DNA of 27,940 nucleotides from a virus (lineage: Duplodnaviria; Caudoviricetes): IMG/VR virus record IMGVR_UViG_3300021425_003307, positions 1 through 27,940 of that record. One strand, 5' to 3'. Below are positions 1 through 8,678 of this stretch, in pieces. The position numbers were made by a program, and so were the translations under genes. The notes under the pieces are model-generated. The model was not told the DNA's origin, made no database searches, and worked only from the letters and a program-made list of their open reading frames with translations. The stretch's first letter is position 1. Every line of letters starts with the position of its first letter.

Positions 1-989
1 TTGCAGAGTCTTTTATAGCTCTGGGAGAATGAATCAATGAGATTAATAATGACTTCAATTCTAGAAGACTCATAAAGATAAACTTCTTTGAGGTATTGCA
101 GTAGATAATCTAGAGCTTTTCTCCTCAGCTCTAACTCGTAAAATGTGTTATACAGATTTCTATCTATAGAGATGGACATCTTATTACTAGCTTTTTCCAA
201 CAAAGCTTTTTCCGCTGAGCTATTTAAGCCATAATATAATGTGATATTAGCTATGTCAGAATAAATATGCCCTTTGCACCCATATCTTAAATCTTTAAAC
301 AAGAATTGATCGCCTGATACAAATATTGAGTTCTTATTGAAATCCCCAATAATATTTCCAGTATAATGTTTTGGTAGAGTATTCAATCTAGATAAGATCT
401 CAGACCTTAATGTATTGATTATATCTTTACACTTGCTGTAGTCAGAGTGGTTTTCTATGTAGGATTTTTGATCTACATCGAAAACAGAGTCGATGTCAGC
501 TTCTTTGACTAGTTTAGTTAGTAGAGTTTTATACAGTAACTTGTAATTTGAACCAGATGAAAAATAACAGTAAGAATCAACAAAAGAATCCAAGTTGGAT
601 ACCAAGTGAGATCGGCCATAATCAAATAAAGATTCGGAAACATTGGATTCACAAATCAAATAAGATATTTTATCTCCGACTTTAACTATACCGCTATCCA
701 AATATTTTGAGATATGAAGAGATTTGCCTAACTTCGTATTTTTAATCTCCCTGTTGAATTTTTCACTCTCGTAATCCAAAGAGAATTTTAAATCAAATAA
801 TTTATCGCCACTTTGGATTTGGTAAAAATCGTAATCTTCCTCAACAGAAACTAAAGAGATTTTATCTGATTTTATATCAACATTAGAGGATAATATAATC
901 TTTTGTATGATTTTAGATTCGGCAGCTGTAATTCTCCCACTAAATGGTAAGCTATACAGGCGATCCTTGAATATAGAGTCACTCTTCAT
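1..989 (-). CDS. APH/choline-kinase-like phosphotransferase-fold protein (partial, runs off the left edge)
   Basis: Not in the ORF track. Manual translation from ATG at 989 (MKSDSIFKDRLYSLPF...) is open to position 1 (>=329 codons). It contains LFDLKF..(E)KFNREI, IIGDFNKNSIFV and FLFKDLRYGCKGHIYSDIA, resembling the APH motifs LK..E, HGDxxxxNI and IDxxxxxxGxxxxDLA. Confidence 0.6.
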   Translation of the reverse strand, partial: MKSDSIFKDRLYSLPFSGRITAAESKIIQKIILSSNVDIKSDKISLVSVEEDYDFYQIQSGDKLFDLKFSLDYESEKFNREIKNTKLGKSLHISKYLDSGIVKVGDKISYLICESNVSESLFDYGRSHLVSNLDSFVDSYCYFSSGSNYKLLYKTLLTKLVKEADIDSVFDVDQKSYIENHSDYSKCKDIINTLRSEILSRLNTLPKHYTGNIIGDFNKNSIFVSGDQFLFKDLRYGCKGHIYSDIANITLYYGLNSSAEKALLEKASNKMSISIDRNLYNTFYELELRRKALDYLLQYLKEVYLYESSRIEVIINLIDSFSQSYKRLC

Positions 990-994
990 GATAT

Positions 995-1003
995 ATTATA
1001 ACA
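995..1003 (-). promoter_or_regulatory. Extended -10 promoter (TGnTATAAT) 5 nt upstream of ATG at 989
   Basis: Minus strand reads TTGT-TATAAT-ATATC-ATG. Confidence 0.55.
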
Positions 1004-1033
1004 AAACCCCACCCCTTTTAAAGGGGCAGGGTT
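1000..1033 (-). terminator. Rho-independent terminator downstream of the 71-aa gene
   Basis: Minus strand reads AACCCTGCCCC-TTTAAAA-GGGGTGGGGTT-TTGTT: an 11-bp stem including two G-U pairs, followed by a U-rich tail. Confidence 0.8.
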
Positions 1034-1063
1034 AATGTTATGACTACCTACACCAAATACAAA

Positions 1064-1279
1064 TTAATTAACACGACCGAAAGTTTTCGATCCAGAACGC
1101 ACTCCAGTGATACTAGTCTTGGAGAAGCGTCGAGAACGTTTAAAGTTGCGATCATAGACCACAATCGTCTGATTGGTTTCGGATTGTAGCTGAGCGTTTA
1201 GAGATTCGCCCTGCTTGGTATAAAGGCCAAAAAACCGACCTTTAGAATTACGGATTGCTTTTAGAACTGACTTACTCAT
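1064..1279 (-). CDS. Small basic hypothetical protein (71 aa)
   Basis: ORF flanked by its own promoter and terminator; K/R-rich with a beta-strand-like pattern. Confidence 0.75.
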   Translation of the reverse strand: MSKSVLKAIRNSKGRFFGLYTKQGESLNAQLQSETNQTIVVYDRNFKRSRRFSKTSITGVRSGSKTFGRVN

Positions 1280-1285
1280 GTTTTT

Positions 1286-1314
1286 ATATTAGTATACTTT
1301 AATACTTTTGTCAA
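1286..1314 (-). promoter_or_regulatory. Sigma70-type promoter TTGACA-N17-TAATAT, 6 nt upstream of ATG at 1279
   Basis: Perfect -35 at 1314-1309, 17-nt spacer, -10 at 1291-1286; overlaps the end of the clp gene. Confidence 0.7.
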
Positions 1315-3697
1315 CAATTTTTAAGGATATTTTATTACTTTTTTCACTCTCCATTATAAAGGAGGTTATAGGGAACTGAATAAGCTTTATCACTAAGGTT
1401 TTGATGTTTCTGGCATTCAGATTTTTAGATTTAATTTCTTTAATTAGAAAAGACTTAATAGCTTTGGGGGTCTTTAGATCAATACCCTTATCTAGCAAAC
1501 GCTTCTTTATCTTATTCATCTCAACATCAACAATGCTCTCCATAATTTTATCATTCAGAGTATTGAATATTAAAGTGTTTTGAATCCTAGCAATAAGCTC
1601 TGGACGCAAATACTTGGATAAGCTGTCTTTATAGGATTCTTGCTCATTATTGTCTGTAATGAAGCCCATAGAGCTTTTTGTAGCTTCTTTATGTCCAATA
1701 TTTGTTGTCATGACCACAATGCACTTAGAAAAGTCTACGCGCCTATTGAAACTGTCTGAAATATAACCTTCGTCTAAAAGATGCAGTAGCAAATCTAAAA
1801 TCTTGGGGTCACACTTCTCTATCTCGTCAAATAAGATTACAGAGTTAGGATTATTAGATACAAACTCAGTTAATACCCCGCCATCTTCGTAACCAACATA
1901 ACCAGCATTAGACCCTAGCAGTTTAGAAATTCCAGTCTTATCTTGATACTCACTCATGTTGATTTGCAGGAATGAGTTTTTATTACCAAAGAAATGCTTG
2001 GCTATATTCTTAGCTGTAAAAGTCTTACCCACACTAGTTGGGCCAACAAACAAAAAGTTAGCCAAGGGTTTACTGGGGTCATTTAAACCAACCTTGACAG
2101 AAGAAAGAATATTATAAATCCTTTCTAAAGCCTCATCTTGACCAAAGATCTCCTTCTTCATCTTCTTTTTGAAGTTAGAAAAAGATCTATTACTCTCTCC
2201 AATTATCTTTTTAGGTATCCCAGTTTTTTTCTCGAAAACTTCAAGTATTTGGTTCCTTGAGATTTTTCTCTTCTTATCTTCACCATCAATATAAGATACT
2301 AAATCTTTGACGTATTCTTCTATTAACTCTTGCGTTTGTACCTCATCTGCATCCTCGCCTCTTTGGGAGAATTTTTCCCTGATTAAAGATAAATCTTCAG
2401 CAGGATAATCTTGTTCTATTTTGGCTTTCGCCCCAACTTGGTCAATAATATCAAAAGCTTTCTCTGGGAATCTCTTATTAGACAAATAGATTTCACTCAG
2501 ATCTAAGATGTCTTGGATATTCTTTTTAGAATAGTTAACCCTATGGAAATCTTTATAGAAAGAGATACTACTATTTATCATCTCTAAAGTCTGCTGTTTT
2601 GTAGGCTCTTTAATTTCCACCTTGTCGAATCTCCTCTTCAAAGCTGGATCTTTTCCAAAAGACTTTTCATATTCTTTGAATGTTGTAGCTCCTATACATT
2701 TAATAGAGCCTCTAGCTAAAGCTGGTTTAAGCATGTTTGCAGCATCTATTCCGTTGTCGTTAGAGTTACCAGCCCCCATAATGGTATGAATCTCATCAAT
2801 AAAAAGAATTATCTCAGGACGATCTTCTACTTCTTTCAGTAACCCTTTGAGCCTCTCTTCAAATTGACCTCTATATTGAGTTCCCGCGATCATGGAAGCC
2901 ATATCCACAGTATATATTCTGCACATCTCAATATGGGCAGGGACTTGTCCTGTGATGATTCTCTGAGCTAAACCTTCTACAATAGCAGTTTTGCCCACCC
3001 CTGATTCGCCTAGTAAAATAGCATTACTTTTATGTTTTTTTGATAACACTTCAATTAGGTTATCTATCTCCTTCTCTCTTGATGTTATCGGTATTTGATT
3101 CCCATCCTCAGCCTCCTTATTCAAGTCTAAACAAAACTCCGATAAGAATCCAGAATTTTGTTCGGGTCCAGCAGCCCCAAGAGAACTCAGTAAGTCATCC
3201 AATCCTGAAGGCTGTTCCGTAGGGTGCTGCGTTACAACAAGACTAGCGTCTATGACTAGTTCGCAAAGCACTTCCGACATATGAAGGGTGTCGCAATAAT
3301 CAGAGCGCACCATGTCAGAAAAACTAGATCTTAAAACGCAATAGAGTATATGCTCTACATTGACAAAGAAATCTTCATTATCATCAGCGAAAGATTTAGC
3401 ATCAGCTATAATTTCGTTTAGTTCGCTGTGCCAAGCATTGTCATTTTTTGACTTCGTGAAGTAACCTTTGTTCTCCTTACATATTCTTTTAAAATCTTTT
3501 ATGTAATCCTTCACAGAATAGATGATACCTCTACTCTCAAACAGTAATTGAACCCTTTCAGATAAGTTAGATAAGCATCCATAAAATAAATGAGCAGTTC
3601 TGATTAAGTCATGAGAATTTGAAGCGGCGAATAATTTTGAATCTTTTATCGCCTTCTTTGCTTTTGGAGTCAGATTGTAGTCAGTTAGAGACATCAT
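1289..3697 (-). CDS. ClpA/ClpC-family Hsp100 AAA+ ATPase
   Basis: N-terminal Clp repeats. NBD1 has GESGVGKT, AGTQYRGQFEERLK and LFIDEIH. NBD2 has GPTSVGKT, GYVGYEDGG and LFDEIEK. An SMGF loop lies after NBD2 sensor 1. Confidence 0.93.
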   Translation of the reverse strand: MMSLTDYNLTPKAKKAIKDSKLFAASNSHDLIRTAHLFYGCLSNLSERVQLLFESRGIIYSVKDYIKDFKRICKENKGYFTKSKNDNAWHSELNEIIADAKSFADDNEDFFVNVEHILYCVLRSSFSDMVRSDYCDTLHMSEVLCELVIDASLVVTQHPTEQPSGLDDLLSSLGAAGPEQNSGFLSEFCLDLNKEAEDGNQIPITSREKEIDNLIEVLSKKHKSNAILLGESGVGKTAIVEGLAQRIITGQVPAHIEMCRIYTVDMASMIAGTQYRGQFEERLKGLLKEVEDRPEIILFIDEIHTIMGAGNSNDNGIDAANMLKPALARGSIKCIGATTFKEYEKSFGKDPALKRRFDKVEIKEPTKQQTLEMINSSISFYKDFHRVNYSKKNIQDILDLSEIYLSNKRFPEKAFDIIDQVGAKAKIEQDYPAEDLSLIREKFSQRGEDADEVQTQELIEEYVKDLVSYIDGEDKKRKISRNQILEVFEKKTGIPKKIIGESNRSFSNFKKKMKKEIFGQDEALERIYNILSSVKVGLNDPSKPLANFLFVGPTSVGKTFTAKNIAKHFFGNKNSFLQINMSEYQDKTGISKLLGSNAGYVGYEDGGVLTEFVSNNPNSVILFDEIEKCDPKILDLLLHLLDEGYISDSFNRRVDFSKCIVVMTTNIGHKEATKSSMGFITDNNEQESYKDSLSKYLRPELIARIQNTLIFNTLNDKIMESIVDVEMNKIKKRLLDKGIDLKTPKAIKSFLIKEIKSKNLNARNIKTLVIKLIQFPITSFIMESEKSNKISLKIVDKSIKVY

Positions 3698-3709
3698 ATA
3701 TAGTTACGC

Positions 3710-6250
3710 TTATTTTACCTGAGATAACTTCATATAAATTTTATCTTTTAAGGTGTTGATGGTATTGGCAAAGATTATATCGTCTCCCTTACTGCCTGTA
3801 ATGATGACGACATCGTCTTTCTTGGGCAATTTATTACCAGCATCAAGATAATCTGTCAAGCGAGATTCTCGATCACTATCCATAAATAACACATTAACCA
3901 CACCTTTTTCATCATGCATCTCTAGCCTAGCATATTTATTACCATTCCTACTGGTTCTTTTCACAATATCAACTAGAACACCAACGTGTCTAACTTCGGA
4001 TCTAGGTCCAGCCATTTTAACAGAATCAGAGCATTGATAATCTTCAGGATGCTTAAATATATCCCTTATGCTATACGAATAGCTATAGCCCAGTAATTGT
4101 GTTTCAAAATGCCAGTTGGCGTATTTTATTGAATGTTTGTTTAATCTACAAATCTCTTTATAAGGTTCCCACTTTTTCTTTAATGTGTTTATTCTAGTGT
4201 CTCTAAAGATCTTCTTGTTATCGTCGCCAATCATCTCATTGCCAATCACATCATTAATTGATTCAATAATATTGTAATTATAATTCTCTCCTAAAGCTAT
4301 GAAGTTTCTTTTCTCTCTGTCAGTCAAAACATTGAAGACTTGAGCTTCTAGAACTAGATCTGAACGATTGCTACAGACGAAGGAGTCTAGCAACCCAGCT
4401 TGAATCAAGCTAGATAAAACGCCAATATTTAAACCGACTTGTTTGGCCACTACAAACACCTGATACTTGTTTGAGAAAGATCCCTCTCTGAAGTCTAGAA
4501 GATTGACCAAAACCTTCTCAGAAACGCCCTTAATTGAATTAAGGCCATATCTGATATCCTTACCTTCAATCTTGAAGTCAATATCAGAGTTATTGAGATC
4601 AGGAGGCAACAACTTAATGTCAAAATTAATTAATTCTTGAGAGATCTTAGATATTTCATCATGACTGTTTGGCTCAAATTTAGCGAACTTTAACAAACTC
4701 AAGAAGAATTCTTGTGGGTATTTAAATTTTAAATATACAGTAATAGCAGCTAAGTAAGCATAACTGATAGAGTGGGATTTATTGAAGGAGTAATTAGCGG
4801 AGTCTTCCGCCACCTTCCATAAAACATCAGCTATAACTGGATCTGCATTTTCAAGCTGACTAACTTTCTCGCTAATCTTAGCTTTCCAAGCTGGCATTTG
4901 GTCCACCTTCTTCTTACCAACGATACGGCGCAACTGCTCCGCCTCATCTAAACTAAAGCCAACCTTAACGGCCATTTTCATCAATTGCTCCTGATAAAGA
5001 GGAATACCCCCTGTGTAACCCAGAACAGAGTCAAAAAATTCATGAACTGACTGAGATTCTCCAGTCTTAGCATACTCAGCGTATCTATCTTTGAAGTCTA
5101 ACGCTCCGGGTCTAGCAATCGCTACAACAGCAGACAACTGTTCAAGATTTCTAGGAGCAACTTTCTGACAGACTTTGAAGTTAGTGTCAGCTTCAATCTG
5201 AAAGAGTCCCTGTGGACTTTGTAGGTTAGAAAGGGCAGTATAAATCAAAGGGTCATGAGGATCAATGTCGTTAACATTTAAACCCAATCGCTCACAAACA
5301 TCATTAACAACTGATAAAGTTCTAAGCCCCAAAATATCGAACTTAACACTCAAGCTCGCAACATCATCCATATCATATCCAGATACTAAAGAGCCATCAT
5401 TAGTCTTTTGTAGAGGCATAATGTCTGACTGCTGATAGTAGCAGATAGAAATGCCAGAAGGGTGAACTCCTGTATTCTTAACTAAGCCTTCTAATTTTTT
5501 AGCTATATGAAAGGCTTTAGGATATTTATCTGCATGTTTTTTGAATGACTCACTCTCATCATAAGCAACTTCCAACTTAGCTACTTTACCAAACTGTTTT
5601 GGTATGCTATCGCTAATTTGGTTAACTTCTGTTTCATTCAGTTCAGCGACAATCTTACCGCACTCCTTCATGCAAAGTTTGCCGCTAAGAGTGTTTAGAG
5701 TTAAGATTTTAGAAGTCCTACCTTTATATTTCTCCTCAATGTACTTAACGACTTCACTCCTACGATTATAAGAAATATCGTTATCAACATCAGCAAGAAG
5801 AGACCCATCAAGGAAAACTTCACCGCCATGCTCAATCTGCTTGGCCCTGCTTCTAGAAACGAATCTCTCAAAAAATAAGTCATATTCAATTGGGTTGATG
5901 TTAGTTACACCTAAAAGATACAAAACTAAAGAACCCGCCGCAGATCCTCGTCCAGCACCTGTTGGAATGCCCTGCTTCTTACAAAAGTAAAGAACATCCC
6001 AGTTAAGAAGAATATAATCAATAAACCCCAACTCCTCAAAAATCTCTAACTCCATGATCGTTCGATCATAGTAATCTTTTTTGTTTGGAAGTTTAGTTAT
6101 ACCCTTCTCTCTTAAACCTTTTCTAGAAAGCTCATACAAAATTTCTTTGTTCGAACTCCCCTCCTCTAGACCCAATTCATCTAAGATTTCTTTTGGGACT
6201 ACAATCTCTGGGAGCTTTACTCCAGCTGGAAATGGGTTTTTGTATCTCAT
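3710..6250 (-). CDS. dnaE: DNA polymerase III alpha (DnaE) catalytic core lacking the PHP domain
   Basis: GAGRGSAAGSLVLY, LFFERF, DVDND catalytic aspartates, GVHPSG, KFDILGLRTL, YQEQLM, YSFNKSHS, HhH IRYGLNSIKGV and a C-terminal OB fold. Confidence 0.95.
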   Translation of the reverse strand: MRYKNPFPAGVKLPEIVVPKEILDELGLEEGSSNKEILYELSRKGLREKGITKLPNKKDYYDRTIMELEIFEELGFIDYILLNWDVLYFCKKQGIPTGAGRGSAAGSLVLYLLGVTNINPIEYDLFFERFVSRSRAKQIEHGGEVFLDGSLLADVDNDISYNRRSEVVKYIEEKYKGRTSKILTLNTLSGKLCMKECGKIVAELNETEVNQISDSIPKQFGKVAKLEVAYDESESFKKHADKYPKAFHIAKKLEGLVKNTGVHPSGISICYYQQSDIMPLQKTNDGSLVSGYDMDDVASLSVKFDILGLRTLSVVNDVCERLGLNVNDIDPHDPLIYTALSNLQSPQGLFQIEADTNFKVCQKVAPRNLEQLSAVVAIARPGALDFKDRYAEYAKTGESQSVHEFFDSVLGYTGGIPLYQEQLMKMAVKVGFSLDEAEQLRRIVGKKKVDQMPAWKAKISEKVSQLENADPVIADVLWKVAEDSANYSFNKSHSISYAYLAAITVYLKFKYPQEFFLSLLKFAKFEPNSHDEISKISQELINFDIKLLPPDLNNSDIDFKIEGKDIRYGLNSIKGVSEKVLVNLLDFREGSFSNKYQVFVVAKQVGLNIGVLSSLIQAGLLDSFVCSNRSDLVLEAQVFNVLTDREKRNFIALGENYNYNIIESINDVIGNEMIGDDNKKIFRDTRINTLKKKWEPYKEICRLNKHSIKYANWHFETQLLGYSYSYSIRDIFKHPEDYQCSDSVKMAGPRSEVRHVGVLVDIVKRTSRNGNKYARLEMHDEKGVVNVLFMDSDRESRLTDYLDAGNKLPKKDDVVIITGSKGDDIIFANTINTLKDKIYMKLSQVK

Positions 6251-6879
6251 AGCTCTATTTCAAATAACTGCTTTCTGAAAACTTTAAAGTTCATCTCAAT
6301 ATCATAAAGAGCATCATGCAATCTGTCTTTATCGTGTGGAATATTATATTTTTTAAGTAGGGTCGCCTGACCAGTCCTCAAACCTCTCTGGAAAAAATTG
6401 TTCCAACCGTATTGCCAGCATATAAAATTATCAAAGTCAGGCTTATCTTCCTTTGCGATGGCTCTAGCTAAACTGAGGGTATCTATAATCCTGTCTACAT
6501 ATGAATAGTCAGAACCAAGACCCATTAGCTTTCTCCAAACATTGATCATATATACATCAAACCCTAAGAGATTCTGTCCTACAATTTTATAATCTGGATT
6601 ATAAAGCTCTTTAGAAAAATCAGCCCAAACAACCTCTGGATCTTCCGCTTTCGATTTGTAGTAGTCGTAATTAAATTTGGTGATTCTAGCTGCATCTTCA
6701 GACATTTGAAGATCGTCCCACCAAATATGCCTATCATTCTTCTCTAAGATATTATCTCCTTGGGCAATGATCCAAGAGACTTGATATGGTCTCGACTTGA
6801 TCAAGTTTAAGCCTTCTGTTTCGGTATCTAAAATTAGATACTTTTGCTTTTTATCAAACCTTAATAATTGATCATTCAT
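6247..6879 (-). CDS. DEDDh 3'-5' exonuclease (DnaQ/epsilon-like)
   Basis: ExoI LDTETEG, ExoII GQNLLGFD, ExoIII HDALYD; ATGA overlaps with both neighbouring genes. Confidence 0.9.
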   Translation of the reverse strand: MNDQLLRFDKKQKYLILDTETEGLNLIKSRPYQVSWIIAQGDNILEKNDRHIWWDDLQMSEDAARITKFNYDYYKSKAEDPEVVWADFSKELYNPDYKIVGQNLLGFDVYMINVWRKLMGLGSDYSYVDRIIDTLSLARAIAKEDKPDFDNFICWQYGWNNFFQRGLRTGQATLLKKYNIPHDKDRLHDALYDIEMNFKVFRKQLFEIEL

Positions 6880-7622
6880 GACTGTCTGAGATAGCTTTCT
6901 AAGCAGAATTCTTCACTGCCAAAGTGACTTAAATTAGGGTTACTAAGCTTCGACTGCTTACCAAAAGACCTAGTGCAAAGAATTTTGTAAGTCTGAAGAG
7001 CTTCAACATCCTTCTTGTCTTTGTATAGGATCGTTTTCACTTTAGCAACCCTATATCCCTTTCTTTTTGTGGATTCTTGTAATTTGTAATTGAGTATATG
7101 ATCAAATGGCAAGTCATTACTCTCTGACCAAAATACAGGATTTAAACCATCCAAATCGGGGATGCAGTTTTTCTGATGGAAATTATTCTCGTAGATGTAA
7201 CTATCGTAGAATGGCACAACAAAAGATAATGATGTTTCATCCCAATAGTTTTTGAAAGTGGCGTAGTCTATTCTGCCACCACCTTCAGTGAAGGCGCAAG
7301 AATATATTTTGTTCAACAGCTTGCAACCCTCATCGTCCTTAGCGAAAATAATATTTTTATGGTCAGAGCTTTTAGACTCATCACTCATGTCGTTACAGAA
7401 TGTCACCCTTAGCCCATAATACAAATTCAATTTGTTTTTTTGGCAAGCTTTGAAGGCTTTCATGAAGCTGGTTAAGTTATCCTCAACCAAAACAACATCC
7501 TTGATTTCATTATCGACGCACATTTCGATAAGAGAATCTGAACCAAGTTCCTTCGACTCATCATCTAGAGTGAGGATACTTTTCCCATAAGAGTATGTAG
7601 ATTTGAATACAGGAGTCATCAC
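6876..7622 (-). CDS. Stand-alone PHP domain of DNA polymerase III alpha, metal ligands degenerate
   Basis: FKSTYSYGKSIL resembles HLHVHSEYSLLDG. LVEDNL..F.K..KAC......YGL and IFAKDDEGCKLLNKIYS.A match the DnaE PHP pattern with His ligands substituted. Confidence 0.8.
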   Translation of the reverse strand: MMTPVFKSTYSYGKSILTLDDESKELGSDSLIEMCVDNEIKDVVLVEDNLTSFMKAFKACQKNKLNLYYGLRVTFCNDMSDESKSSDHKNIIFAKDDEGCKLLNKIYSCAFTEGGGRIDYATFKNYWDETSLSFVVPFYDSYIYENNFHQKNCIPDLDGLNPVFWSESNDLPFDHILNYKLQESTKRKGYRVAKVKTILYKDKKDVEALQTYKILCTRSFGKQSKLSNPNLSHFGSEEFCLESYLRQS

Positions 7623-7628
7623 TCCCTC

Positions 7629-7656
7629 ATTCTACACAGATCCAACCAAAGATCAA
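7629..7656 (-). promoter_or_regulatory. Putative promoter TTGATC-N16-TAGAAT, 6 nt upstream of GTG at 7622
   Basis: Minus strand reads TTGATC tttggttggatctgtg TAGAAT gaggga GTG ATG. Confidence 0.45.
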
Positions 7657-8678
7657 GAACAATGAGACGGACAACCCTTATAATATTGTATTTCGTAGGT
7701 GCAACCCTCTGGCACCATATCTTCAGAGAACTCTTCTTCGAAGCAAGATCCTACAGCTTGACCATCTGAATTCTTAAATACATAATAAAAAAAGTCAAAC
7801 TTCATGGAGCAATGCCATTTTTTTGTCCCATCTTTTTTTAGTTCTCCTTTTTGAGTTGCAAAACCGCAAAGCAATCTACCGCTGAATGAATTGTCTGAAG
7901 GGAATCCTTTATCAGCAGCCATGTTTGCCACCGCATCGTCTTCAGAGAAATTATCTAAGTATTGCTGAATCTGAGTGAGTTGCATTTCGAAGCCTAAGAG
8001 ATCCTCGTCGCTTAGTGGAGTCATTCTCATAACCCCGCTTTTTTTAGCATTCGGATCTAACTCAAATTTTAAGAATAAAAATTCACTTTGTTTATTCTCG
8101 TATTCTGGATACAAGTGTTTTGTGGCTAAACTATACATTAGATCTTGCATATTATCTTCAAGATCCTTACCTTTGAAAACTTCTTTACTTGTCTTGAAGT
8201 CCCTAATCAAAGCAAACTTTTGTTTCTTGTATAGAAATAGCTTGTCGATAAAACCCCTTATCCTGTAAGCAATCTGGCCATCATTCTTGACAATATCAAA
8301 ATCCTGCTCAGAAAGCTCTTTAGTGGGTTTATCCAGATCACCACCAAAGAAATCGTAGTTTAGACCATTGAAGGTCATCTCCTTAATAAGTTGGATATTA
8401 TCCTCATCGTCAACCTCTTCACGACGAGCATGTTTCATGACTAACCGCTCTATAGACGGGACAGAAAATATATCTTGGGTCGCCATGATTTTGTCATAGT
8501 GACCCCTTCTCCTCTTTTCACCTAAAAGCTCAAAAATTAAGTGACATATAGAACCTCTTTTTGCGCCATCATTGCTAGTATCTGGCAACTTAAGTTTGTA
8601 CTTACACCAATACAACCAAGAACACCCTTGAGCTGTCTTGATCCTACTTGCTGATAGAGCTGTTTGGGGTTGAGTCAT
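7653..8678 (-). CDS. PD-(D/E)XK nuclease (RecB/AddB/Cas4-like exonuclease)
   Basis: LSASRI....C, G...H, RGFIDKL, IRDFKTSK, Q..MY, and several C-terminal cysteines. Confidence 0.85.
   Translation of the reverse strand: MTQPQTALSASRIKTAQGCSWLYWCKYKLKLPDTSNDGAKRGSICHLIFELLGEKRRRGHYDKIMATQDIFSVPSIERLVMKHARREEVDDEDNIQLIKEMTFNGLNYDFFGGDLDKPTKELSEQDFDIVKNDGQIAYRIRGFIDKLFLYKKQKFALIRDFKTSKEVFKGKDLEDNMQDLMYSLATKHLYPEYENKQSEFLFLKFELDPNAKKSGVMRMTPLSDEDLLGFEMQLTQIQQYLDNFSEDDAVANMAADKGFPSDNSFSGRLLCGFATQKGELKKDGTKKWHCSMKFDFFYYVFKNSDGQAVGSCFEEEFSEDMVPEGCTYEIQYYKGCPSHCS

Noticed and set aside
6247-6879. Programmed frameshift or pseudogenisation explaining the split polymerase
   Set aside because: Both junctions are ordinary ATGA overlaps like many others in the window, they fall at domain boundaries, and no slippery heptamer was evident. 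Not excluded without reads.
6876-6910. EFCLESY at the PHP C-terminus resembles the CLSY start of split DnaE inteins
   Set aside because: Only a few residues follow before the stop, there are no intein blocks, and no HN/C junction exists in the core gene. The position matches the normal end of PHP.
7653-8678. Cas4-like nuclease as evidence of a CRISPR-Cas system
   Set aside because: No repeat-spacer array or other cas genes; the context is replication/recombination.
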